Below are positions 11,944 through 26,801 of a DNA stretch of 64,000 bases, one piece after another. The notes below the pieces were generated by a model. It worked only from the letters and a program-made list of their open reading frames with translations. It searched no databases and was not told the DNA's origin. The position numbers and the translations under genes are program-made. The stretch's first letter is position 1. Every line of letters starts with the position of its first letter. Source of the DNA: Chrysomallon squamiferum (Eukaryota; Animalia; Mollusca); contig CM022667.1 in assembly GCA_012295275.1 (NCBI GenBank), positions 19,778,001 to 19,842,000 on the forward strand, in the 5' to 3' direction.

Positions 11944-14900
11944 CTGAAAGAGAAAGAAAAACAAAAGTTTGTTTTTAAAATAACAGTATTTATAAATAGA
12001 AGCAAAACACATACAGCAGTATGGTATGAGAAACAATGATATATATATAACACATATTTAAATAAAATGTAAATTGCTGATATAAAACTGTTATGAAGTG
12101 TAATAATGAATATTTACTACTATCTATGTACCAGTTCTATTTAATGAGAATTAAATACACTTGTATATTTTTAATATTTTTTATTGTTTACTTATTAAAA
12201 CACTTTGATAATTAAAAAATGGCACAGAAATTGCAGTTAATACAGAAAGCAAAAGATTTAGAATAATTGGGTATTTATATTCTGTGATCACTTCATTAAG
12301 TCTAGCACTTATTCATTTATTATAAACCCTAACAAAGACACCTACACTGATAATAACACAAGCACACATTTCACATATTATATTACCTAATTAAAAAACA
12401 CAGACCAAACAACTGAACTGATAATAATGCAAACACTGATTTATTTATATTCTGAAGTCATGACACTAGTTTAATTTTCTAAACTGTAAAAAAAAACAGA
12501 CTGTCTAAAATCACCACCAGCATGACTGTACTCTCTGTTGTATGCATTGCTCAGATTAAATTCTATTTTTATTTTTTATTTTGGTTCTGTATTATTTATT
12601 TCAGTGGTATAAATAATTGAAAAAACAACAACAAACAAATGAACTAATACTCAAAACAGAGGAAGTCACATAAAGTGTAATTACAAATCTTTATTCAGCA
12701 GGTTTTCCACTAAAGGACAAACATTCTGTGCATTAAAGTGTTTGCATGTATCAATACAGACTGGTAGACTTCCAGACTTGTAGATAACCTCCTTACTCAC
12801 CCTCTGACAGTTCTTGGAATAACCTCCTCGTTTTAAGTGCAGTCTGTTGTCCTCGGCGTCTACAAAGCTGTTGTCACGCGACTTCACACATCGTCCACTC
12901 GTACACGTGTTGTTGTGCTCTTTCTGGTCTCCACGGCGACCAAAGCCTCGCCTCAGACAATAGTCCGGCCCACTGATCTGTGCCACACTCAACCCTCGAC
13001 TGCAACAAACACAGTTTACAGTAAATACAACAAACACAGTTTACAGTAAATACAACAAACTCACAGTTTATAGTAAGTACAACAAACTCACAGTTTATAG
13101 TAAGTACAACAAACACACAGTTTATAGTAAGTACAACAAACACACAGTTTATAGTAAGTACAACAAACTCACAGTTTATAGTAAGTACAACAAACACACA
13201 GTTTACAGTAAGTACAGTGTACACACGTAAATAATTTACAATATGTAAAGTTTACATAGTTAAATAATTTATACTAAATAAAGTGTACACACTTAAAAAA
13301 TATATAGTAAATAAAGTATGCATATTTAAATAATTTATATTAAATAAACAATCATAATAAACATCATTTTTGAGGAAACAATCTACTGATTACGTTGTCA
13401 TAAATATATGAAAGGTAATTTATGATACCTTTCTGTATGTATTATATTATATAACAATTTACTGAATATACATCATTACATGTACTTTAGATCATGCCAA
13501 ATCATACTAACAGAAACAGTTAGTTAAACTGCATCACATTATTAAAGTAAACTAAAATTAAAAATTATGTTATTAATCTGCATTCTTGAAAAGTTTTATC
13601 TGCTTGAAATTCATTCAAAACAAATTTAAATTCCAAATATCATCAACAGTTTCTAATTTTTCAGTAAAAATTCCTCTCTGTTCATTGAATATTACTATTA
13701 AATAATGAAAAACATTGTTTGATGTGATCTGCCCACCTCAGCATTCGACAACGATGTTCCTGAAGTCGAGCCCCAGCAGCGTCGAGGTCTCGGATGTGTT
13801 TGGCACTCCACAGTCTCTCTGCAGTGGCCGATGCCCGAGGCCTGGGGATAAGAGTCAAAACACAGTCAGTTTAGTGTCAGGGATTAAACAGACCAAAGTC
13901 TTTATATCCACAGTATAGACAGGACAACAGACAGATCATCTATTTTTCACAGTGACTAAAATCTTAGATTATAATATTTGTAGAGTCATTTTTTTTTTGT
14001 GACTGGAGTAATATAAAGTGATTTGTGACAAATTTATACACAGACCCAGCAAGCACAAGACACAAATTTGACATCTGATATCATTAAATATATTCATCAA
14101 TTAAAAATTGCATCATTTATTATAATAGTTAAAATAATTTTTAATTCATGAGCAATAAACATTTTTGTAATTTTTTTATTCTGTGACATTTTGAAATCCT
14201 GGTTTCCACATTCAGATTTTTAATTTTAAAATTTATTTATTTTTTTATTTTTTTAAAGTTTTGAAATTCACATTATTTTTTTTGATCATAAAATGTTATT
14301 TTTGTTCTTTATTTTTTTTCACTTTTGCAAATTTATTTTTGTATGTTTTTACTTTTACAAATTTATTTTTAGTATGTGGATCTCTGAAAACACTAAAATA
14401 TTACTTCAGAGTTAACTTACCACAGTGTTGTCATCATGTTTTCATTATCCACATATTCAGACCACAAACAGGCTTCACCTCCCAAAACCATCTTCTCATC
14501 AATACTGTAACCTGCAGTTACAAATAACTTTAATTAACACTCTTCTCATCAATATGTAACCTGCAGTTACAAATAACTTTAATTAACCATCTTCTCATCA
14601 ATGCTGTAACCTGCAGTCACAAATAACTTTAATTAACACTCTTCTCATCAATACTGTAACCTGCAGTCACAAATAACTTTAATTAACAAATCAGTTTACT
14701 CTGTGACAATTACAGTAAATTATAAACCAAAAGAAATGTTAACAATGTTAATTACATACAAATACTAATCTAACATATGTCCAGAAATGTGGGTTTTATT
14801 GGTGTGAAATGTTAATCTTTAAACATTCTAACATTTTTTAACACACCAAATATGTACTTCAAAGCTTTGTGTGCACAAATGAAATTAATGTGATTTAAAC

Positions 14901-14944
14901 TTCTTATTAGAAATAAAGTTAACTAGTAAAAAAACATTTATTTA

Positions 14945-14979
<35 letters not shown>

Positions 14980-16805
14980 TGTAACATTTTGTAGTTATCA
15001 CCCTTTGTTTAATAGTTTTAGATAAGACTTTCAAAATGCAAGAACAAAACCATAATTATAAGAAAGGTAACCAGCAACCAAACTTTAAAAGATAAAACAT
15101 TTTTGTGGGGTTCCAACCACCAGTCTGAATAACAAAATATTCCAATAAATGTTAAGTAACATGTTTTCCATGAAACACATAGTCAGAAACACAAAAATGA
15201 TAACACAATGTTTTACATGAAACACATAGTTAGTAACACAATTTAAATGAAACATAAAACATTTAAGCAACATGATTTACACTAAACACATAAAATTGTT
15301 AACATCTTGTACATAAAACACATGAAGCTGTTAACTGAAATGTTGTTACAGATGAAGCTGTTATTTGACAAGTTGTTACAGATGAAGCTGTTATTTGACA
15401 TGTTGTTACAGATGAAGCTGTTAATTGACATGTTGTTACAGCTAAGCTGTTAATTGACGTTGTTACAGATGAAGCTGTTATTTGACATGTTGTTACAGAT
15501 GAAGCTGTTATTTGACATGTTGTTACAGATGAAGCTGTTATTTGACATGTTACACATGAAGCTGTTAACTGACATGTTGTTACAGATGAAGCTGTTATTT
15601 GACATGTTGTTACAGATGCAGCTGTTATTTGACATGTTGTTACAGATGAAACTGTTATTTGACGTTGTTACAGATGAAGCTGTTATTTGACATGTTGTTA
15701 CACATGAAGCTGTTATTTGACATGTTGTTACAGATGAAGCTGTTAACTGACATGTTGTTACAGATGCAGCTGTTATTTGACATGTTGTTACAGATGAAGC
15801 TGTTATTTGACATGTTGTTACAGATGCAGCTGTTATTTGACATGTTGTTACAGATGAAGCTGTTAACTGACGTTGTTACAGATGCAGCTGTTATTTGACA
15901 TGTTGTTACAGATGCAGCTGTTATTTGACATGTTGTTACAGATGCAGCTGTTATTTGACATGTTGTTACAGATGAAGCTGTGACAGCTGATGTTCTTACC
16001 GAAGGTTTCGTCCACGGGGTCACACTGGTAGTACTTCGTCCACTTCGTTCCGTACTCGATCCTGTCCAGGTACCAGCACGTCGCGTACACCACCTTATAT
16101 CCCATTCCGATAACCCTGCTCACATCCGCCATCTCCCCCATCCACACTTCAATCACCGTCTCTTTGGGCAACTGAGGAAAAAACACAGAAATTAGCAAAA
16201 CTGTGACAAAATGAAGGACATTTCTGTCTGTTTCTTACTACAAGAAAGGAAACTGAATCATGTGGAACAAGAAATATTTGAACTACTTGAATATCTTTAA
16301 TGACCACAAAGGTGCTGACATTTCTGACTTCCCCATGAAAGTGAAAAGTGGTTTTGTTGATGAAAAAGGTTCAAGATGATAAAAAAAAAAAAAAAAAATT
16401 TAGAAAGATTTTATATCTATTTGTGTCGATACAGTGGGCCTGTTTATTTATTTGTGTTTTCATTATATCAGTTTTCTCATTTATAACTTGAAAATTAAAT
16501 GACAACAGTAACGGCACCACCATTTTCTGACAATCTCTCTCAGTGGATCTGTCTCACCTCAAGGTCATTGTTCGTGACCTCCTGCCACATGATTATCTTC
16601 ATCCCTTCTTTCTTCGTTTTACTTATGTCTTTCAAGTCATTTATCAGCCTGAAAAATTACATTTGGAATTTCTGAGTTTAACATCACTTTATTTAAACAT
16701 ACAAAACATTTGCACAAGTTCCTCATTGTTGAGAGAAATAAATAAAATTGATTTTTTAAAAATGTGATTAGTATAGTGTTAAACACACACATAAACACAC
16801 TCACA

Positions 16806-16900
<95 letters not shown>

Positions 16901-19417
16901 TAAACTAAAAAAAAAATATATATATGCTGAAAAACTACTTAAAATTCAAAGACTAACAGCGTGTGTAATTTTCACATTAAAATATAATTTATTTCTGAAT
17001 GATGTTCTGACCTTTTCACGTAGTATTCGTAGACTTTGCGGATGTCAAACTGAGCTGTGTTGTAGAAGTTCTGATCCTCGGTTCTGACTTCGTATGTATT
17101 CTCTTTCTTCCTCTGAAGATTCAGACCAAAATTCACAACATCGGGATTTGACGACCTGAAACAAATGTAAGTAGATATAAATAATAAAAAAAAAAAAAAT
17201 AAATAATAATTATTTTGTGTTTTTATTAAACTCTGAAAATGTACTGATCCAATAATGTATGAAATATAGGTTTAAATTTTGTTTTTAAAATCATCTCAGT
17301 TTAACATATTATTTAATATATTTATTATTGTACAGACACACACACACACATAAATACAGGCAGACAACATATACACATAAAAAGAGAGTAATATTATAAA
17401 ATGCACTGGTACACTGCTGTACATTTTTATCAGCATCAACAGACAGATTATCAGAAATCTCAGTTACACAAGCTACTTTTGTCTTTCAGTGAGAAGTTAA
17501 CTTTCCCCGTCACACCCCAGTGACCCACCCAGCCTCACGTACCAGCAGGCCAGTGGAACCTCATCCCCACCCAGGTGGAGGTACTGATCCTTGAACACTC
17601 CCATGATTTCAGAAAACAGTGTTTTGAGGAATCGGTAAGTGGAGTTCTTCGTGGGGTCAATGGGCCCGAGATAGCCCTTGATGATCTGTGACCCCTGGTA
17701 GCACTGGGTCAGGAGTTCTGGGCGACTCAGCCCCCAGGAGTAGGTGTGTCCTGCAGAGCAAAGATTGTTTGTTATCTAAACTGAATATTCTCTGTTTTTA
17801 ATCTTGGTTTAATAACTGTTATTATTATTAATTTTTTTTTTTAAACAAATAATTATCTAAATGTGACCTAGAAAAATGAAGTTGATTTCAATTGCTTTTA
17901 AACTGAGTGTTTGTACATCATATTTATTTATTATTTTGATGGTTACACATATAAGAATTATTTTCTGTATTCAGTAAAGCATGAAAAATTAAAATCTGTA
18001 CGTAATTATTGGATTTTTGGGGTGTTTTTAATTTCTGTATTTATTTTTTTTAAATCTCTGAAATTAAAATATGGAAGACTAATTTTTTCCTAAAATAATA
18101 ATGACTAAACCAAAATTAAAAGTACAGCTCTAATGGATAAAAAAACATTTCTAGGAATAAATGATGCTATTTAATGTATACTAGTTAAAAAAACACATAC
18201 TTCTGTCTTATTTTACATAAATCGATGACATGTACTTTTAATTTAACCATCTGGGGCACTTAATACTTCACATTTTTTGCATCTAACTAGATCAGATATT
18301 ATTACTGTTTTTCTAATTTAGATTTATAGATTTTTGTAGCTGGATAAGGTGAGTTTTACCAGGTGTATCGAACTCGGGGATAATGCGAATACCACGTAGT
18401 CTGGCAAACTCAATAATTTCTCTGAGGTCCTCTTGTGTGTACACAAACGATGGATGGAAAGCTCCCTGAAAAACAAAACAGAAACAATTAAATATATTTA
18501 TTAATGTAAGTAACAAACAGGAAATTTCTCCTGAAGAGAAACCATGTAATACATTTATAAATAATCACCTGTCTACCTTTTCTCAACATTTTATAATACT
18601 CTTCATTACTAACTACTACAACAAACTACTACTACCACCACAACCATCACTACTACAACTAACTACTACCACTTCTACCAACACCACCATTACTATTACT
18701 ACTCCTAATACTAGTACTACCATACAACTATTACCCCTACTGCTGTTACTGTTGCTACTATTACTATCACTTCTACTACCACTACCATTACTAGTACTAA
18801 CAGACTTACACACAGACATACACTCTCACTAACACATTCACACACTTTCTCCTCCTCATACACAAACTCACACCTACCCACACATACATACTTACAAACA
18901 TTCTCTCTCATACATGCAGACATTTTTCTGTTAATATAATTACATCACAACAATACTGTTACTAAATATTACAGCACGATTGTTTAAATAAACACATTAA
19001 ACAGTCTCTCTCTCTCTCTGTCTGTGGCTGTGGTATTAATAAAGAGATAACAATGTTGTATTTACTCAGATTAGTCAAACAGCTGCTCTCTCTCTCTCTG
19101 TGTCTGTGATATTAATAAAGAGATAACAATGTTCTATTTACTCAGATTAGTCAAACAGCTGCTCTCTCTCTCTGTGTGGGTCTGTGATATTAATAAAGAG
19201 ATAACAATGTTCTATTTACTCAGATTAGTCAAACAGCTGCTCTCACCTGACAGGTATTGTCATCAGGTGTCAGTGTGAGACAGAAGGTAGTTAAGTGTGT
19301 GTGTTGATTGCACAGCATGTTCAGTGTGTGTGTTGTGTGTGTGTGTGTGTGTGTGTGTAAACAGACGTTTAACTCTGATTTCTCGACAGTTCAGCTTGTT
19401 TAACTGTTCTTTGTGTT

Positions 19418-19467
<50 letters not shown>

Positions 19468-19515
19468 CAGACGTTTAACTCTGATTTCTTGACAGTTCAG
19501 CTTGTTTAACTGTTC

Positions 19516-19555
<40 letters not shown>

Positions 19556-19603
19556 CAGACGTTTAACTCTGATTTCTTGACAGTTCAGCTTGTTTAACTG
19601 TTC

Positions 19604-19637
<34 letters not shown>

Positions 19638-22194
19638 CAGACGTTTAACTCTGATTTCTTGACAGTTCAGCTTGTTTAACTGTTCTTTGTGTGTGTTTTT
19701 CTGCTCACAGTGTGCATCTGACTGTCTGTATGTGTGATACACATATGTACATACATTCTTTCTATCTATCTATCTATCTGTATCTATAATCTATATCTGT
19801 CTATATCTATATATCTATATATCTAAATATATCTATATCTATATATACAGCTATATCTGTATCTATCTATCTATATATATATATAACTGTATCTATATCT
19901 ATATGTATTTCTATATATATCTATATATATAGCTGTATCTATATCTACATTTATATTTATATTTATATCTATAAAATGTGTATGCTTATGTGTGTGTGAG
20001 TGCATGTTAAACTCTGTTTTGATAGGTGTTTGTTTGTACATCTGTTAAAATATACTTCTACGTCTGTTTTCTGTGTGAGATTGATTTTTTAATGAATTAT
20101 TCATGTATATTGCTTTTGTGTATTTGTGATTGTGCGTGTGTGTTTGTGATTTGTGTGTGTTTGTGTTTGTGTATGTGTGTATTTGTGATTGTGCGTGTGT
20201 TTATGTATGTGTATGTTTTTATTTGTGATTGTGTGTGTGTGTTTGTGTATGTGTATGTGTGTATTTGTGATTGTGTGTGTGTGTTTGTGTATGTGTATGT
20301 GTGCAGAGAATGCCAGTGTGCATGTATTATACAAGACTGCATGATCAGGTGTGTGTATTTGTGTGTCTAAGTGGTATTATCTTGCCAGTATCGAGAGCTG
20401 TAAACAGGTAACACGGTTACCTTTTTGCTGAGTTCTGGAAACACTTCACTTTCGTACGGAAACGACTGATCATCCACAATGTGCCAGTGCAAAACGTTCA
20501 TTTTGTTTTGTTCCATCGCATCCTGAAACAAATAAACAAATAAACAAATAAATAAACAAATAAACAAACAAACAAACAAACAAACAAACAAACAAACAAA
20601 TAAATAAACAAACAAACAAACAAACAAACAAACAAATAAAAAAACAAACAAATAAACAAACAAACAAACAAACAAACAAACAAACAAACAAACAAATAAA
20701 TAAATAAATACACAGCTGTATCAGTAATATCCACATGTTTTAGATAGATAGATAGATAGATACATACATACATACATACATACATACATACATAAATAAT
20801 GAATTTCAACAGAGTTATGCATATCTCTATCAGTAATATTAAACATGATTTTTTATATATAAGATTCAAAAAATGGATGGACAGATTATAGATATAGATT
20901 ATTATAATGTGTGTATAAATAAATAAATTGCACATATGGTGTTTCTTTTTAGGTAAATCAGTCTCAATTTCAATATAAATAGAACCCAAAATAAATAAAT
21001 AAATAAATCAATAAATCAATAAATAAAAATAAAATAAAATAACAACAACAGTAATAATAATAATAATAAATAAAATGATGTGCATAATACAAAATTTAAC
21101 AAAGTATCATATGGATAGCCTGAGGCCTACTGTAACAGAATAATGTATCTGTGTGTATCAAGATGAAATAGTTCTTCTGTAAAGGAAAGAGACAAGACTG
21201 GGAATAAATTCTAGTAATACAGGTTATTATACGAGTGACTTGAAAGTTTTTCTAATTCATCTATTTTCTTAAAAAAAAAACAGAATTGACTTGGACAGTT
21301 GACTTAAAAAAAAAAAAAATAAAATAAAAAATAAAAAATAATTTTAAAAAATAATTCCATCCATACAATAACTGAAAAAATAAAAAATAATTAAAAAAAA
21401 AATGAATAAATGGGAAAAAACGTTCTTGCTATGCTAAATAAATAAATTGAAGTATGTTTTATATTATGTCACAGAATTTTCTTCTTCTTTTATATTACTG
21501 GTTGAAATCAAGCTATGGAATTAAATTTCATCCAATATTTTGTTGAATACTGTCTTTTTAACATAATGAAATTGTATTAAATATATAATTAAAAATTATT
21601 TTAAAATTAATTTTATAAAATATATACATTTTAATAACAAGATTAAAAAGCATTTTAAAATCTACATTCTTTTTAATTTTTATTATTTTCATTATTATTG
21701 TCATTATCAATAAATTCTGGTTTCTGAACTTCACTAGAATAAAATAAAACTTTGAAAAAATCTGCATTTTTCATTTTTTTTTTTTTCGGTTGTTATTCAG
21801 AAAAGTCTAAAAGTGGAAATCAATCAATCACTCAGTTCTATTACTGGTGGTAGAAAACTAATCACATTCCCCCCCCCACTAACAACGACAGACGAGTGAA
21901 TGAACCGAACCCAGTCTGGAAGTTAAGAAGGAACCAAAAAGTAGGCATTTGAATGAAATGAAGATCAACATGTAAATAAAAATTCAAAAATTCAATTTAA
22001 AACAGAACTGTGAAAAGAGCAGACTTAGAATAGTCCATATAACAGAGGAAATAAACAAGTAAATAAAAATAATTAAAAAAAATATATGAAACAAGTGTAT
22101 AATAATAATAATAATAATAACAACAAATAAATAAATAAATGCTACACGAGTCACATAATAACTAAATGTGTTGGTAATCAAATTCTTATCTTAA

Positions 22195-22225
<31 letters not shown>

Positions 22226-24330
22226 CATATACATATATATAAAATATTAAATAAAAGAGTAATGGGACTCTCAAAAGAAAGCAGGTAACACAATCTACTT
22301 GCATTGCTTGTTCTGTTTTCAGCAGGTGCTGTGAGAAGTCAGCAGTGAAATGATAGGTGCAGTGAGAGAATATTCAGATTAATGTAGAGAATCGATAGAG
22401 AACAACAAGGTTTCAGTAACAAGTCTGAGTAACATTCTCATCACAGTAAACCTGTTTACACCTGATACAGTACACTTAAATACACTGATAACCTCCTCAA
22501 TTCTTTTCTTCACATTTCTCTGTACATGTTTTTGGTTGCTGTTTAAAAAAGAGTTTATTGCCTATGAGTGTTTTGCTACAGTTTCAGCACCAGTTATGGA
22601 ATTTATATGTCAAGCTGTTATTATTATTACTACTTGTAGTATTATTATTGATTTTAACCTGTTTATTTTTTTTTTTTATGCTTTTTTTTTGTAGGTTATT
22701 TGATTATGTTTTGTTATTCAGTTCATGACACAAACATTTGTAACAAGTGTGTGACAGATTCTATCTACACTGATTTATAATTCCTATCTTTACTTTCATG
22801 TCCTTTTTAAAAATAAAAAAACAGAAATTGAAATTTGTTTTTTTTCTTATATATGTTTAAATTTTTGTTTCTTTAATCATACATCCACTAAATAAGCATT
22901 TTATTATTATCATCATCATCATCATTTTTATTTTATTATTATTACTATTTTTTATTATTATTATTTATTATTATTATATTATTATTATTATTTTATTATT
23001 ATTATTATTATTTCTACTAAAAAAAAATTATTCGTTGACTGTGAGATTGTCTTTACAGATTAGTTTATTTTATTTATTTAATTATTTATTTTTTTACTTT
23101 TTTTAGTTGGGTGGGAGGTACACTCTGCTGTGAGAGAGATAAACAAACAAGCAGTGCTGACAATGGTGTGTATTATCTGTGTTTATATCACAGCTCAGTG
23201 CTGATAGTGGAGTGTATTATCTGTGTTTATATCACAGCTCAGTGCTGGCAATGGTGTGTATTATCTGTGTTTATATCACAGCTCAGTGCTGATAGTGGAG
23301 TGTATTATCTGTGTTTATATCACACCTCAGTGCTGACAATGGTGTGTATTATCTGTGTTTATATTACACCTCAGGGCTGACAATGGTGTGTATTATCTGT
23401 GTTTATATTACACCTCAGTGCTGGTAATGGTGTGTATTATCTGTGTTTATATCACAGCTCAGTGCTGACAATGGTGTGTATTATCTGTGTTTATGTCACA
23501 GCTCAGTGCTGACAATGGTGTGTATTATCTGTGTTTATATCACAGCTCGGTGATGACAATGGTGTGTATTATCTGTGTTTATGTCACAGCTCAATGCTGG
23601 TAATGGTGTGTATTATCTGTGTTTATATCACAGCTCGGTGCTGGTAATGGTGTGTATTATCTGTGTTTATATCACAGCTCAGTGCTGACAATGGTGTGTA
23701 TTATCTGTGTTTATATCACAGCTCAGTGCTGGTAATGGTGTGTATTATCTGTGTTTATATCACAGCTCAGTGCTGGTAATGGTGTGTATTATCTGTGTTT
23801 ATATCACAGCTCAGTCTGACAATGGTTTATTATCTGTGTTTATATCACAGCTCAGTGCTGACAATGGTGTGTATTATCTGTGTTTATATCACAGCTCAGT
23901 GCTGGTAATGGTGTGTATTATCTGTGTTTATATCACAGCTCAGTGCTGACAATGGTGTGTATTATCTGTGTTTATATCACAGCTCAGTGCTGGTACACAG
24001 ATCAATGTAGATACATTATGCTGTTTATTTAGCTGACAGGGCAGCATGTGTGCATATTGACGTTTCGGTGAAAGTAATATTCAAGCCTGGATACTCCATC
24101 TCACAAATGACATTTCAATAAAGTGGTAAGTCTGTGTATTAATGCTGCAGTGAACAAACTTTGTGAGTAGCAATGTAATGTTGTTTGTTCCCAGTGCACA
24201 CATTCAATATTTTCCCCTACTGATTTATAGATCAGGAAAACACCACATGTTTACTTGGTTGACAAGAGTGGTTATTTGTATACTAATGTAGTGTTATGAA
24301 ACATTTACTGTGTGTGATGTGTGCATGTGT

Positions 24331-24382
<52 letters not shown>

Positions 24383-26716
24383 CATGTGTATATGTTTATG
24401 TATATTACTGAACATGTTCATGTGTTTCTTTGTGTGTGTGTGTATGTGTGATTTGTAATGTGCTTCAAGTAAAGAAATATTACATCAACTTTCAGACAAA
24501 CTAAACAACCAACCAAATGACATCATCCACAAGCTGAGAAACTGAATCAACTGAATGGTTAAAGCTTGCAAATAGTCTCTGCCTAAAACAACAGATGACT
24601 TGATTATGAAGAGGAAGAAAAGCCCGGATTTACTCATTATTAAACTTCACGGCCATCACCTCTGATTCACACACTTCTAACTGCTTCTTTCTGCACCAGA
24701 ACAAATCCTTCATCTACTGAGTTGATGTTGTTGTTATTTCATTACCAACCAAATCAGGCGCAGTCTTTGATCTCTTGTTAACAATTCTAGAGGAGCACTC
24801 ACACAAAACAATGGAATTACCAGTCTCTTGTCATGATTTTATATCAGTGATTAGTCTGATGTGAAGCACGTCATTATGCTTGTGAAGACGGAATGAAAGA
24901 AAAAAGTAATGAGAGTCTATGGGCAAACAGCACTTTGTCATGTGAATAGTTTGAAAAACTCTTTGATGTGTGAGCAGTTTGAAACATACTTTGATGTGTG
25001 AGTAGTGTGAAACACACTTTGATGTGTGAGTAGTGTGAAACACACTTTGATGTGTGAGTACTGTGAAACACACTTTGATGTGAGCAGAGTGAAACACACT
25101 GATGTATGATTAATCTGAAACACTTTGATGTGAGTAGTGTGAAACACATTTTGATGTGTGAGTAGTGTGAAACATACTTTGATGTGTGAGTACTGTGAAA
25201 CATACTTTGATGTATGAGTACTGTGAAGCACATTTTGATGTGTGAGTAGTGTGAAACACACTTTGATGTGTGAGTACTGTGAAACACATTTTGATGTATG
25301 AGTAGTGTAAAACATACTGATATATGAGCATGTGAGACAATGATATGTTAGCAATGTGAAACAGTTTGATGTTTACTCCTAAATCTACCATCAATCCACA
25401 GACTGAACACTGAGAACTGACAAGATTAATTCTGTATAATATACACACAGCCAAAACCCAACTTTCTTACAGTATACATGTTACAGAACATTTAGTGTAA
25501 AAACAGCAGTCTAATGACAAATGTTTACAAATAAATTACAAATATGAGAAAAAAACTGAGCCAAGTACCTTCACACTTAAACTGTTAATAGAGAGCTTCG
25601 CTTTGTATTCACTGACAAATTACATGTAATTATAACATCTGCTTGATACAACTGTTATATCACATGTAATTATAACATCTGTTTGATACAACTGTTATAT
25701 CACATGTAATTATCACATCTGTTTGATACAACTGTTATATCACATGTAATTATCACATCTGTTTGATACAACTGTTATATCACATGTACTAATAATATCT
25801 GTTTGATACAACTGTTATATCACATGTAATTATAACATCTGTTTAATACAACTGTTATATCACATGTAATTATCACATCTGTTTGATACAACTGTTATAT
25901 CACATGTAATTATCACATCTGTTTGATACAACTGTTATATCACATGTAATTATCACATCTGTTTGATACAACTGTTATATCACATGTAATTATAACATCT
26001 GTTTGATATAACTGTTGTATCACATGTAATTAAAACATTTGCTTGATAACACTGTTATATCACATGTAATTATCACATCTGCTTTATACAACTGTTATAT
26101 CACATCTGTTTGATATAACTGTTATATCACATGTAATTATCACACCTGTTTGATACAACAGTTATATCACATGTACTAATAACATCTGTTTGGTACAACT
26201 GTTATATCACATGTACTTATCATATCTGTTTGATACAACTGTTATATCACATTTCTACCGAGTAGAAAACTGTGCTTACCATGATGTCAAAAATGACTTC
26301 TTTGAAAATGAAATGACGTGAAGAGTCTATGAGCAGTCCTCGGTGAGGGAATCGTGGGTAATCGCTGACAACTGTTTCCATTACAAACAGCTGAAAGTTA
26401 AACACGATAAAACAGTATTTCAATATGTAGTGTTTAATAATATAAACGTGTGTAATAAAAATAAAATAAAATAAAACAAAAATAAAATATGTTGGTATTA
26501 AAGTTTTTTTTACAACAAACTGTTAGATCAACAAAAAGGATAGTTTAATCAGAATTTATTTTGTTTACATTTCAAAAAAATATCTATCTATAAAAATAAC
26601 ACTTTTAAAAGCAATAACATTAGTATAGAATTTTTATTATTTTTGTTAACAGTAAAATAAAATAACAGAATAAAATATAATCAAATCAAATCAAATACAA
26701 TGCAATACAATAAATC

Positions 26717-26801
<85 letters not shown>

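Noticed and set aside
15450-15980. Periodic ORFs ([10 protein letters not shown] / [10 protein letters not shown] repeats)
   Set aside because: Frames through a 30-bp intronic minisatellite, broken by indels; the real exon ends at the donor at 16000.
23151-23993. CRISPR-like appearance of the regular arrays (also 19335-19697, 41580-42947)
   Set aside because: Head-to-tail units without unique spacers, no cas genes, eukaryotic intron context.
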